Positions 26,483-37,457 of a DNA stretch of 64,000 nucleotides are shown here, piece by piece. This DNA is from Torpedo marmorata (Eukaryota), in contig OZ360221.1 in NCBI GenBank assembly GCA_977017645.1, forward strand, positions 188,604,001 to 188,668,000. The letters run 5' to 3'. Every line of letters begins with the position of its first letter. Position 1 is the stretch's first letter. Below the pieces are notes generated by a model that had not been told where the DNA came from, made no database searches, and saw only the letters and a program-made list of their open reading frames with translations. The position numbers and the translations under genes were made by a program.

Positions 26483-26666
26483 CAGGGGTGGCCAACCTTT
26501 TAATTTTTAATTTTTAATTTAGACATACAGCACGGTAACAGGCCATTTCGGCCCACGTGTCCGTGCCGCCCAATTAACCTACACCCCCGGTACGTACTCG
26601 TGGGCCGAAATGGCCTGTTACAGTGCTGTATGTCTAAATTAAAAATTAAAAGGTTGGCCACCCCTG
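26483..26666. mobile_element. hAT-type MITE (184 bp) with an internal palindrome of SINE 3' ends
   Basis: TIRs CAGGGGTGGCCAACC / GGTTGGCCACCCCTG; 8-bp TSD CCTTAAAG at 26475-26482 and 26667-26674. Confidence 0.85.
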
Positions 26667-26867
26667 CCTTAAAGTAACAAGGGCACAGAATATCCTCTGG
26701 AGGGAAACTTCAATGTTCATCAACAAGAATGTTGATTGACAAGGTGCCAGAGGATTGGAGAATGGCACATGTGGTCCCCTTGTTTAAAAAAAAGTAATAG
26801 GGAGAATCCTGGGAATTATAGACCAGTGAGTCTTACGTCAATGGTGTGCAAACTATTGGAGAGGATT

Positions 26868-29800
26868 TTTTTTAAAATATTTTATTTAAAATTTTGAATC
26901 ACAAAGTACATAAAATAAAATATAAAATTATCAAAATACATGTGATACTTTTTTACCCCCCCCTTCCCTCCCTCCCCTCCCTAACCCTCCCACCCCCCTG
27001 ACTCACTCCGGCTCACCGATGAGGTGCAGTCGAGTCGCACAGTACACTGTACGGCCCAGCCGACAACCATGCCAAAAGCACGGGGAGCCCATACTAATCT
27101 ACTAAAATAAAAATAAAATAGAAAGAAAAAGATAGAATAAGGAGAATGTCAATCTAGAAAGTACATCTATAAACTGATTTTATTGTGGAGGATAGGTTCG
27201 CCAGTCAGATCCGATGTCCAGAGATCTTCAAATCCTTAAACCAACAGCTTTTATATATGGGCTCCATATTTTCAAAAAGAAATGATATTTATTACGTAAA
27301 TTATAAGTAATTTTTTCAAGTGGTATACATGAACGAAGTTCTGCATGCCATCTCTCTAACCCTAAATCTACATCAGATTTCCATGTAATAGCAATGCATT
27401 TCTTAGAAACAGCTAAAGCAATTCGCAAAAATTCTATTTGATACATATTTAATTTCATCTTAATACTAATTCTTTTAATATCTCCAAACAAAAATATCAT
27501 AGGGTCCAATGGAAGTGTAATACTCAATACTTTATCTGAAGAGTTTTTAACTTTCAACCAAAAATCATATACCTTTGGACAAAACCATGTTGAATGTACA
27601 AAAGAACCTTCCTTTCTATTACATCTAAATCATAAACCTGATAATGTCGAATTAAATTTCTTTAATTTTTTAGGCGTTAAATATAATTGATGAAAAAAAT
27701 TATATTGAACTAATCTATATCTAACGTTAATAATCTTCGTCATACTTAATTTACATAATTCTTTCCAATGTTCTTCATCTATTGTTACATTCAAATCTGA
27801 TTCCCATTTTAATCTTGATTTATGAATTCCTACTTTAGGGATTTTTCTCTGAAACAATCTATACATTTGAGAAATAAATTTATTTACACCTCCATTAGTA
27901 ACTATTAATTCTAGTTCACTCTGTCTTGGTAGAGTCAAACTATAACCCAACTTCCCAACTAAAAATGCTCGAATTTGATAATAAGCAAAAAGTATATTAT
28001 TCAATACATTAAACTTATCTTTCATTCTTTGAAAAGTAATAAATTTACTAGCTTCAAAACAATCATTTATTTTCTTAATTCCCTTTTGGAACCAAATTTT
28101 AAATAATTGATTATCAACAGTAAATGGAATAAGTTTATTTTGATATAAAGGCATTTTTCAAGAAATCGACCCTTTCCCTCCTATCTCCCTATCCACTCTA
28201 TTCCATATTTCTAACAAATGTTTAAAAATAGGAGAATTCTTCCCTCTTGTTAATAATAATTTAGAATTCCATTTATAAATAACTTCTTCTTTCAAATCTT
28301 CTCCTATATTATTTAATTCTATTCTAATCCTAGCAGAAGACTTACCTAAATCAAACATTTCATTAACAAATTTTAATTGAGCTGCTTTATAGTAATTTTG
28401 AAAATTAGGAAGTTGTAAACCACCCATTTCATAATTCCAAGTTAATTTCTCCATACTTACTCTAGCCTACTTTCCTTTCCACAAAAATTTCCTAATAATT
28501 AAATTTAAATCCTTAAAGAATTTCAAAGGAATTTCGTAAGGAATTGATTGGAAAAGATATTGAACTCTTGGAAAGACATTCATTTTAATACAGTTTACCC
28601 TTCCTATTAAAGTTATAGGTAAATCCTTCCAACTTTCTAAATATTTTTTAATTTTCGTAAATAATGGTAGATAATTTAATTTATATAAATTAGCTAATTT
28701 TGTATCAATCTTTATTCCCAGATATTTCATTCCTTCCTTTGACCATTTGAATTGTGTAATTACTTTACATTTACTATAATCCCCTTGTGTCAATGCCATA
28801 ATTTCACTTTTATCAGAATTAATCTTATAACCAGATATTTCCCCATATTCTTTCAATAAAACATTCAATTGTAATAAAGAAATAATAGGGTTTGTCATAT
28901 AAATCAATACATCATCTGCAAATAAACTAATTTTATGTTCTTCTCTTCCAACTTTAATACCTACAATCTTAATATCTTGTCTAATTAATTCTGCCAAAGG
29001 TTCTATTGCTAAAATAAACAATGCTGGCGACAAGGGACATCCCTGTCTAGTTGACCTAGTCAAAGAAAATTTTGAAGAAATTTTTCATTTGTCACCACTT
29101 TAGCAGATGGTTCTTTATATATAGTTTTGATCCAATTAATAAATGTAGTTCCAAAACCAAATTTCCCCAATTCCTTAAATAAATAATTCCACTCTAATCT
29201 ATCAAAAGCCTTTTCAGCATCTAAAGTTAATACTAATGGTAAATCATCTTTTTTTCCCCCACATTAATTAAACTAATGAATCTAGCTATATTATCTTTTG
29301 AATATCTATTTTTAATAAAACCAGCTTGATCTTCATGAATTAAATCTGGTAAATAATTAGCCACTCTATTTGCTAAAATTTTTGCCATTATCTTATAATC
29401 CACATTTAACAATGAAATTGGTCTATCAGATTCTGTTTTCAACACATCTCTATCTTTTTTAGGTATAACTGTAATTATTGCATTCGAAAATGTTTCTGGT
29501 AACAAATGAGTTTCCGTTATTTGTTTCAACACATCCATATATGGAGGTATCAATAAATCTTTAAACTCTTTATAAAATTCTGATGGGAAACCATCTTCTC
29601 CTGGAGATTTTCCACTCGCTAAAGAGCTAAGAACCTCGTTAACTTCCCTCATCAAAAAAGGCAAATCCAAAAATTCTTTACTTTGAGTATTTAATCTAGG
29701 TAACTTAATTTTAGATAAGAATTCATTAATTTTAGAGTCATCTTTATCAATTTGAGATTTATATAAATTCAAATAAAATTCCTTAAAATAATCATTTATT

Positions 29801-32185
29801 TCTCGAGGTTTATAAGTTATTTTTTTGGAATTTTTTTAATAGCATTTATAGTTCTAGAGGTTTGTTCTTTCTTTAATTGCCACGCCAACACTTTATGCGC
29901 TCTTTCTCCCAATTCATAATATCTTTGCTTAGTTCTTTTAATTAACTTTTCCATTTTATATGTTTGTAATGTATTATAATACAATTTTTTTCCAATTAAA
30001 TTTTTCCTCTTTTCTTCTGATCTCTTTTTTTGCAAGTCCTTCTCCAGGACTTCAATCTCCCTCTCCAAATTATCCACCTCGCGAATGTATTCCTTCTTAA
30101 CTTTTGCTGAATAGCTTATTATTTGACCTCTTAAATAAGCCTTTAAAGCATCCCAAATAATAAATGTATTATCAATCGAATTAGAATTAATCTGTAAAAA
30201 TTCTTGAATTTCTCTTCTTATATAATTACAGAAATCCATTCTTTTTAATAAAGAAGAATTAAATCTCCACCTATATATAGTTTTTTCTTTTTCTGGAATT
30301 ATACAAGACATTAATAACGGCGAATGATCAGAAATTATTCTTGCTTTATAATGTGCTTGAGTTACCCTATCTTGTACTTGTGAGGACAATAAAAACATAT
30401 CTATCCTAGAATATGAATCATGCCTAAAAGAATAAAAAGAGTAATCTTTTTCTCTTGGATTCAACTTTCTCCAAATATCTATTAAATTTAAATCTTTCAT
30501 CAAAATAAGAATTCTTTTAGCAATTTTAGTTTGAGCAACTGATTTTGATGTTTTATCCATTATCGGATCTAAACAACAATGAAAATCCCCACCAATTAAA
30601 ATATTATCGTTAGCTTCTGATAAATGCATAAACGAATCTTGAATAAATTGTTCATCTTCCATGTTTGGTACATATATATTGTTACAAATTCAAACCAGCA
30701 ACGACAGAAGACGCAATGCAAAAGGGGTAAAATTGAAATTTATTTTTATTAAACATATAATTTCACAACAATTAACCCCACTATAAACGTCTATAAACAC
30801 TATTCTTATCTAAAAGGTGTGTGTGTGTGTGTGTGTGTAAAGCCCAGACCATTACAGTCTGTGCCCAACCCTTATGTAAAAATGGAAAAACTTTCCCCAA
30901 AAACCCCAGGTCAGTCATAAAAAACAAGTCAGTCAAAAAAAAGAGAATAATACAATCCACAAGATTCACTCTCTAAGTTCAGGCTTCAATTCAGCTCTGT
31001 GTCTGGTAGAAGTACTTCTGAATGAACGTTGGAGAGAGACAATGACTGTTTATGCTTACAAATACTTGTTTTCTTCTCTGATGACGTCCCCTTCTTGTAT
31101 GTTCATAAGGATTGCAAGTTCCAGATCAGTATACAACTGATTTAGGCGTGTGCTTGAATCTCACAGCTAGTCTCACTGATCTCACGCCTGTTCTCCACAG
31201 AAGTTGCTTTTTCTCAGAATTTCTCTCTGAGACAGGAGGCCATGTGCTCTTCTGCCAGTGATTTTCTCTGGCTTGCACAAGCCTGGATTTGGCTGTGTCC
31301 TGTAGCCTTTGCAACTTACAACTGTCTGCTTTTCCTGCAGAAATCTGCACCTGCTTTTTGCAAAAGTGAAACAAATGTATCTTGTCCAGTCTCTCTCTCT
31401 CTCTCTCTGTCTGGGTACACTAAGAGTGCAACAATGTATCTTGTCTGGGTACACCAAGTAGCTGGGGAAGTTAACTCTTTCAGTACCTGGCCCCAGTGTA
31501 TACTCCAAAAGACTTCATCCTTCCTGCTGACCGTCCGCAGTCCAAATGGTCAGTCATGGTCCATAACAATATTCATAAGTGTCCACATCTCTGAATATAT
31601 CTGACAATGTATTAAAACATATCTACCTACCACATCTATAACCACAGATTGTATTTTAAAAGTTAACTTTTTATTAACTAAAATAGCAACTCCTCTTGCT
31701 TTAGAATTAAATGAAGATGCATCCACTTGGCCAACCCATTCTCTCTTCAACTTCTGATGTTCCAAATCTGCCAAATGTGTCTCTTGTAAAAAAGCTATGT
31801 CTATATTTAACTTTTTAATATATGCTAAAGTTTTTTTCCTTTTAATCGGATTGTTTAGCCCATTTATATTAATACTTACTACATTTATTGATTTACTATC
31901 CATCATTACTAATTCTTAATAGCTTTCTCTCCATCAGATCCACCAGCACCCTCCTCCACATTCGTAATCTATTTGACATCTCCTTAAAAGAAAAAAGAAA
32001 GAAACGGAAAGTAAAAAAGAAAAAAACAAAACCCCAATGTATACAATACTGGTAAAATTACCCCAGTATTACCCCCCTCCATTACTCGGGAAGTGGCCCT
32101 CGCCACTAAAGTGGTGTACGGCTAGGGAGGAGAAAACAAAAAGTCCACCCCACCCCCCCAACAGATTTTACACATCATTCATTGC
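26868..32185 (-). mobile_element. L1-clade LINE: complete but disrupted ORF2, truncated upstream of ORF2 (no ORF1), containing a solo LTR
   Basis: APE (SININGLN, FLQETHL, GGDF, SRID, SDHSP), RT (KSPGEDG, RQGCPLSP, LFADD) and C-terminal domain; 9-bp TSD GAGAGGATT at 26859-26867 and 32186-32194. Confidence 0.93.
30680..31568 (-). mobile_element. Solo LTR of the Gmr1-like family, inserted in the L1 endonuclease domain
   Basis: TG...CA termini, 4-bp TSD ATAT, collinear with 2565-3442. Confidence 0.93.
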
Positions 32186-32713
32186 GAGAGGATTCTTAAG
32201 GACAGGATTTATGAGCATTTGGAGAAGTACAGTCTTCTCAGGAATAGTCAGCATGGCTTTGTGAGGGGAAAGTTGTGCCTCACAAGACTAATTGAGTTTT
32301 TTGAGGGAGTAACAAAGAAATTGATGAAGGTACAGCAGTAGATGTGGTGTATATGGATTTTAATAAGGCATTTGACAAGGTCCCCATGAGAGACTTGAAG
32401 GACTCAGCTGGCAGAACAAGTCTGCTGCAAAAAGGATAAACCTTCTTGACCTCAACCTCACCAATCTATCTGTGCCAGGTACATCCAACCATGACTGAAT
32501 TGGTAGAATTAACCAGCATAATAATCCTCATGGAGACCAATTTCCATTTTCATGCTGAGGCCGCCTTCTTCCATCAGGTGTGTGACACTACATAAGAGCT
32601 AAATGGAATAGATTAAGATCAGATCTGCCAGCTCACAATGACACCAGCTGATGCTGCAGGCCATGAGCAAAGCAGAAATAATCATCATTGCAATGTGTAC
32701 TTATTTCACAACA

Positions 32714-35700
32714 TGATGTACCTATCAATAACCGACACGAGTCTAGAAGTGCAGGAATTAACAGGCTTTTATTAGCAGAATCAAGCCAGGGCTAGCTATG
32801 ACTTGACCTGATGATCCCTGCTGGATTGTCCCGGAACTGGGGGAGGAGTTGCTGGCTCAAGGCCTTTATTCCAGGTAAAAGGGGAGGGGTCACCGGGACA
32901 GACAGACAGGTCATGGTCATACCTGCCTCAGGCCACAATACATATAAAGTGGTTTACCACATTCACCCCTTCTTTTAGAACAAGTCCGACGGGGGGGGTG
33001 AAGTGGATACCGTAGGGAAAAAAAATACACATATACATAGATAATATACAGTTATCTTCATTTACAGATCGAGTTTCGCCGGCGACCGGATGTGCCGCCG
33101 TGACCTGCGTAGCGTCAGCGGTGATGGTAATGGTTGTGGAATGAGGGTACGGGTGGGAAAACGTGATACCTGCGGAGATGGTAGTGGCTGTGGAGTGGGA
33201 GTAGGTACAGTAGGGTGGATCTGGGGGTGGTTCGCCTCCTGCCTGGCTAGTGGCCAGACCAGCTGTGACGGAGACAATGTCGTGCTGGGAGGCGGATGGT
33301 CCAGAGGGGGCAGCTGCGACCCGGCGTTCCCGCTGTCGGGGACCTCTTCAGATGCTCCTGCAGGCGCCAGGTCCCGTATTGACACCGTGTCCTCCCGCCC
33401 GTTGGGGAGAACAACGAATGCGTATTGCGGGTTCGCGTGGATCAGCTGCACCCTCTCGACTAAGGGCTCGTACTTGCTACTCCGAAGATGTTTGCGGAGT
33501 AGCACCGGCCCCGGGGACGTCAGCCAGGCAGGGAGTGTAGTTCCAGTGGTCGATTTCCTGGGGAAGGAAAAGATACGTTCGTGAGGGGTAGTGTTAGTGG
33601 CGGTACATAAGAGGGATCGTATAGAGTGGAGGGCGTCCGGGAGAACCTCCTGCCAGCGAGCCACTGCTTTGAGGGCCAGTAGTGTCGCTGTCCATACTGT
33701 GGCGTTCTCCCTCTCCACCTGTCCGTTCCCCCGTGGGTTGTACCCCGTGGTCCTGCTGGTAGCGATGCCTCGGGTCTGCAAGTGCTGTCGCAGCTCCCCA
33801 CTCATGGACGCGGACCCCCGGTCGCTGTGGATGTAGCTGGGGAACCCGAACACGGTGAAAACCTGGTGGAGAGCCTTGATAGCCGACGCCGCCGAGGTAT
33901 CTGGGCAGGGGATGGCAAAGGGGAACCGCGAGTACTCATCGATGATATTAAGAAAGTACACATTGCGGTTCGTGGATGGAAGGGGGCCCTTGAAGTCTAT
34001 ACTGAGACGTTCGAACGGGCGGGTGGCTTTGACCAGCTGTGCTCTGTCGGGGCGGTAGTACTGCGGTTTGCATTCCGCACAGACTCGGCAGCTGCTGGTC
34101 ATGGTCTTGACCTCGTCCAGGGAGAAAGGCAGGTTCCGTGCTTTAATGAAATGGAACAGCCTGGTAACTCCTGGGTGGCAGAGGTCATTATGGAGGGAGT
34201 ATAATCGGTCGATCTGCGCGCTGGCGCACGATCCCCGGGATAGAGCGTCAGGGGGCTCGTTGAGCTTCCCGGGCCGGTAAATGATGTCGTAATTGTAGGT
34301 GGAGAGTTCTATTCTCCACCTCATGATCTTGTCATTTTTAATTTTACCCCGCTGCTGGCAGTTAAACATGAAAGCGACGGAGCGCTGGTCCGTCAGCAGG
34401 GTAAAATGTTTTCCGGCGAGATAGTGCCTCCAATGCCGAACAGCCTCGACAATGGCTTGGGCCTCCTTCTCTACTGCGGAGTGCCGAATTTCGGGGCCTT
34501 GAAGGGTGCGGGAGAAAAACGCTACCGGTCTTCCCGCCTGGTTGAGGGTAGCAGCCAGTGCGAAGTCCGAGGCGTCACTCTCTACCTGGAAAGGTTCCGA
34601 CTCGTCCACTGCGTGCATCGCTGCTCGGGCGATGTCCCCTTTTATGAGGTCGAAAGCCTCACGTGCCTCCGCTGCCAGGGGAAACTTGGTGGACTTGACG
34701 AGGGGTCGGGCTTTGTCCGAGTAGTTGGGGACCCACTGCGCATAATAGGAGAAAAACCCGAGGCATCGTTTGAGTGCTTTGGGGGTAACGGGGATCGGAA
34801 GTTCCAACAGGGGGCGCATGCGGTCGGGGTCGGGTCCAATCACCCCGTTTTCCACGACGCACCCCAGGATAGCGAGTCGGGTAGTCCCAAACACTCATTT
34901 CTCCTTATTATATGTGAGGTTCAGCGTCTCGGCCGCCTGTAAGAACTTCCGAAGGTTCCTATCGTGATCCTGGCGGTCATGACCACAGATGGTGATGTCG
35001 TCCAGGTACGGGAAGGTGGCAGTGAGCTTGAACTGGTCAATGATCCTGTCCATCTCCCTTTGGAACACGGATACCCCATTTGTTACCCCGAAGGGGACGC
35101 GCAGAAAATGGAATAATCTGCCGTCCGCCTCGAAAGCGGTGTATACTCGGTCCTCCCGGCGGATCGGGAGCTGATGGTAAGCCGACTTAAGGTCGATGGT
35201 GGAGAACACTTTAAATTGGGCAATCTGGTTGACCATATCCGTGATCTTTGGCAGCGGATAGGCGTCCAGTTGTGTGAACCGGTTGATGGTCTGACTATAG
35301 TCCACCACCATCCGGCTCTTAGCCCCGTTCTTCACCACCACTACCTGAGCTCTCCAGGGGCTATTACTGGGTGCAATGATCCCTTCCCCCAGTAAACGCT
35401 GCACCTCCGCCTTAATAAATGCCCTGTCCCCTGTACTGTATCGCCTGCTTTTAGTTGCGATGGGCTTACAGTCAGGGGTCAGGTTGGCGAAGAGTGGCGG
35501 GGGTTGGGTCTTTAGCGTGGAGAGACCACAGGTAGTCTGGGGCGTGTTAGTTAAATATTGGGGGTTAGTCACTACGATCGGGGGGTGGGGCCCGTCATAG
35601 TGCATGGTGACGCTACGCAGGTGGCTTTGGAAGTCCAACCCCAGCAGTACAGGAGCACACAAACGAGGCATGATTAACAGTGAAAATTCTCGGTATTCCG

Positions 35701-37457
35701 TGCCCTGTACCACTATATTCGCCACACAACCCCCCCGGATGTCTGTTGTGTGCGTTCCAGACGCCATGGCCACCCTCTGGCTTACCGGTACAACGGTGAG
35801 GCCACAGCGCTGGGCAGTGTCCGGATGAATAAAACTTTCAGTACTGCCTGTGTCGAACAGGCAGGTGGTCTTATGCCCCTCAACGATAATGTCCATCATC
35901 GACCTGGACAGTTGATGGGGCGCGCTCTGGTCCAGCGTCACGGATGCCAGGGTCGAAACGGAGTCTTGATCCGACGAGAGGGTCGAGACGGAGTCTTGAT
36001 CCGACGAGACGTCTTGATCCGGTGGCAGTTCCCGTAGCTCATACGTGTCGCTACGGGAGGGTGGAGCTGGAAGTGCTGGAAGTGCTGCGGTGAGATTACA
36101 AAATGGCCGCGCCGGAAATGTAGAGATCGGAAATGGCCGCCTCCAGTCCTCGCACGAGGTCCCCGCAGGAAGTGACGTCATGTAAGATGGCCGCCCCTTC
36201 CCGTCGCACGTGGCGCCGCTGGAAACCGGAAGTGCGGTGCGCTGTGATGGCCGCCTCCAGACCTCGCACGAGGTCTCCGCCGGAAGTGGAGTCGAGGAAG
36301 ATGGCCGCTCCCGTACCTCGCACGCGGCGCTGCTCGGACCCGTGCGCGACTTGGAGCGGCAGACCTTAGCGTAGTGGCCTTTCTTGCCACAGCTAGAACA
36401 AGTCGCGTCTCGGGCCGGGCAGCGCTTGCGCGGGTGCTTGTCGAGCCCGCAGAAGTAGCACTTCTCGGGCTCCCGGGTGATAGCGGCGGCGGTTAACTCA
36501 CAGGTAGCGGCGGGCTCTCGGGCAGCGGCGGCAGCGGCCAACTCACGGATAGCGTCGGCGGCGGCAAGCGGGTCCCGGTAGACGGCAGCGGCGGTCGCGT
36601 TGCTTGTAGGGCTGACGGCTGGGGCGATCCAAGAAGCAGGCTGTGCCTGCATAGCGTCAGCGTTCTTCAGGGCTGAGTCCAGATTCAGGATGTTCTGGAC
36701 AGTCGATTTCAGGGTCAGGTCAGCGTGTTCCAGCAATCGCTGGCGGATGTAGCCTGACCTGATCCCTTTTATAATAGTGTCCCTTGCCAGCATCTCGGAG
36801 TGTTGCTCAGCCGTCAGGGCTCGACATGCACACGCTCGCACCATTAACATCACATCTTGGATATACTCGGAGACCGACTCTCCGGGTCGCTGGTACCGCT
36901 GCGATATCCGGTGCCTTGCAAAAATCTCGTTCGCAGGCGTCAGGTACAGCGTTTGGAGGGCGACCAAGGCATCATCGAAAGTCTTACAGTCTCTGACGGC
37001 GCCATACACTTGCTTGCTTACCCTAGACATGAGGATATCGAGTTTCTGCTCGTCAGTAGCTGCTCCAGACGATCTCATGTAGGCTAAGAAGCAGCGTTGC
37101 CAAAGTTCAAAATCGCTGGCAGCGTCTTGGGCCAGGGGGTCAATGTCCAGCTTGTCTGGCTTCAACAAATTTTCCATTGATCGTATTTCGTTGAAACTGC
37201 TAATAAAATTGACGTACCTATCAATAACCGACACGAGTCTAGAAGTGCAGGAATTAACAGACTTTTATTAGCAGAATCAAGCCAGGGCTAGCTATGACTT
37301 GACCTGATGATCCCTGCTGGATTGTCCCGGAACTGGGGGAGGAGTTGCTGGCTCAAGGCCTTTATTCCAGGTAAAAGGGGAGGGGTCACCGGGACAGACA
37401 GACAGGTCATGGTCATACCTGCCTCAGGCCACAATACATATAAAGTGGTTTACCACA
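32714..37457 (-). mobile_element. Young full-length Ty3/Gypsy LTR retrotransposon (4744 bp)
   Basis: 248-bp LTRs (32714-32961 and 37210-37457) differ at only 2 positions by my comparison; 5-bp TSD CAACA; PPT AAAAGAAGGGGTGAA abuts the 3' LTR. Confidence 0.97.
33062..37177 (-). pseudogene. Single-frame gag-pol (CCHC, protease, RT, RNase H, integrase) with one in-frame TGA at 34895-34897
   Basis: ATG at 37177; CSSCGKKGHYAKVC, LFDTGS, YLDD, ESDASD, HNDLCH...CRVC, IDFKGPLP; both ORF-track pieces are in the same frame. Confidence 0.92.

Larger units (their letters stand above)
26737..32395 (+). mobile_element. CR1 RT fragment (26737-26867 and 32186-32395) split by an L1
   Basis: VPEDWRMAHVVPLF...GNYRPVSLTS...KLLERI continues as LKDRIYEHLEK...SQHGFV after the L1. 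Confidence 0.8.

Noticed and set aside
32806-32840. CTGATGA in the Gypsy LTR as a hammerhead or C/D box
   Set aside because: No stem II followed by GAAA and no supporting partner box or terminal stem; it is also antisense to the element.
33090-37087. Many + strand ORFs within the young Gypsy
   Set aside because: Antisense shadows of a GC-rich gag-pol; none shows env-like or other motifs.
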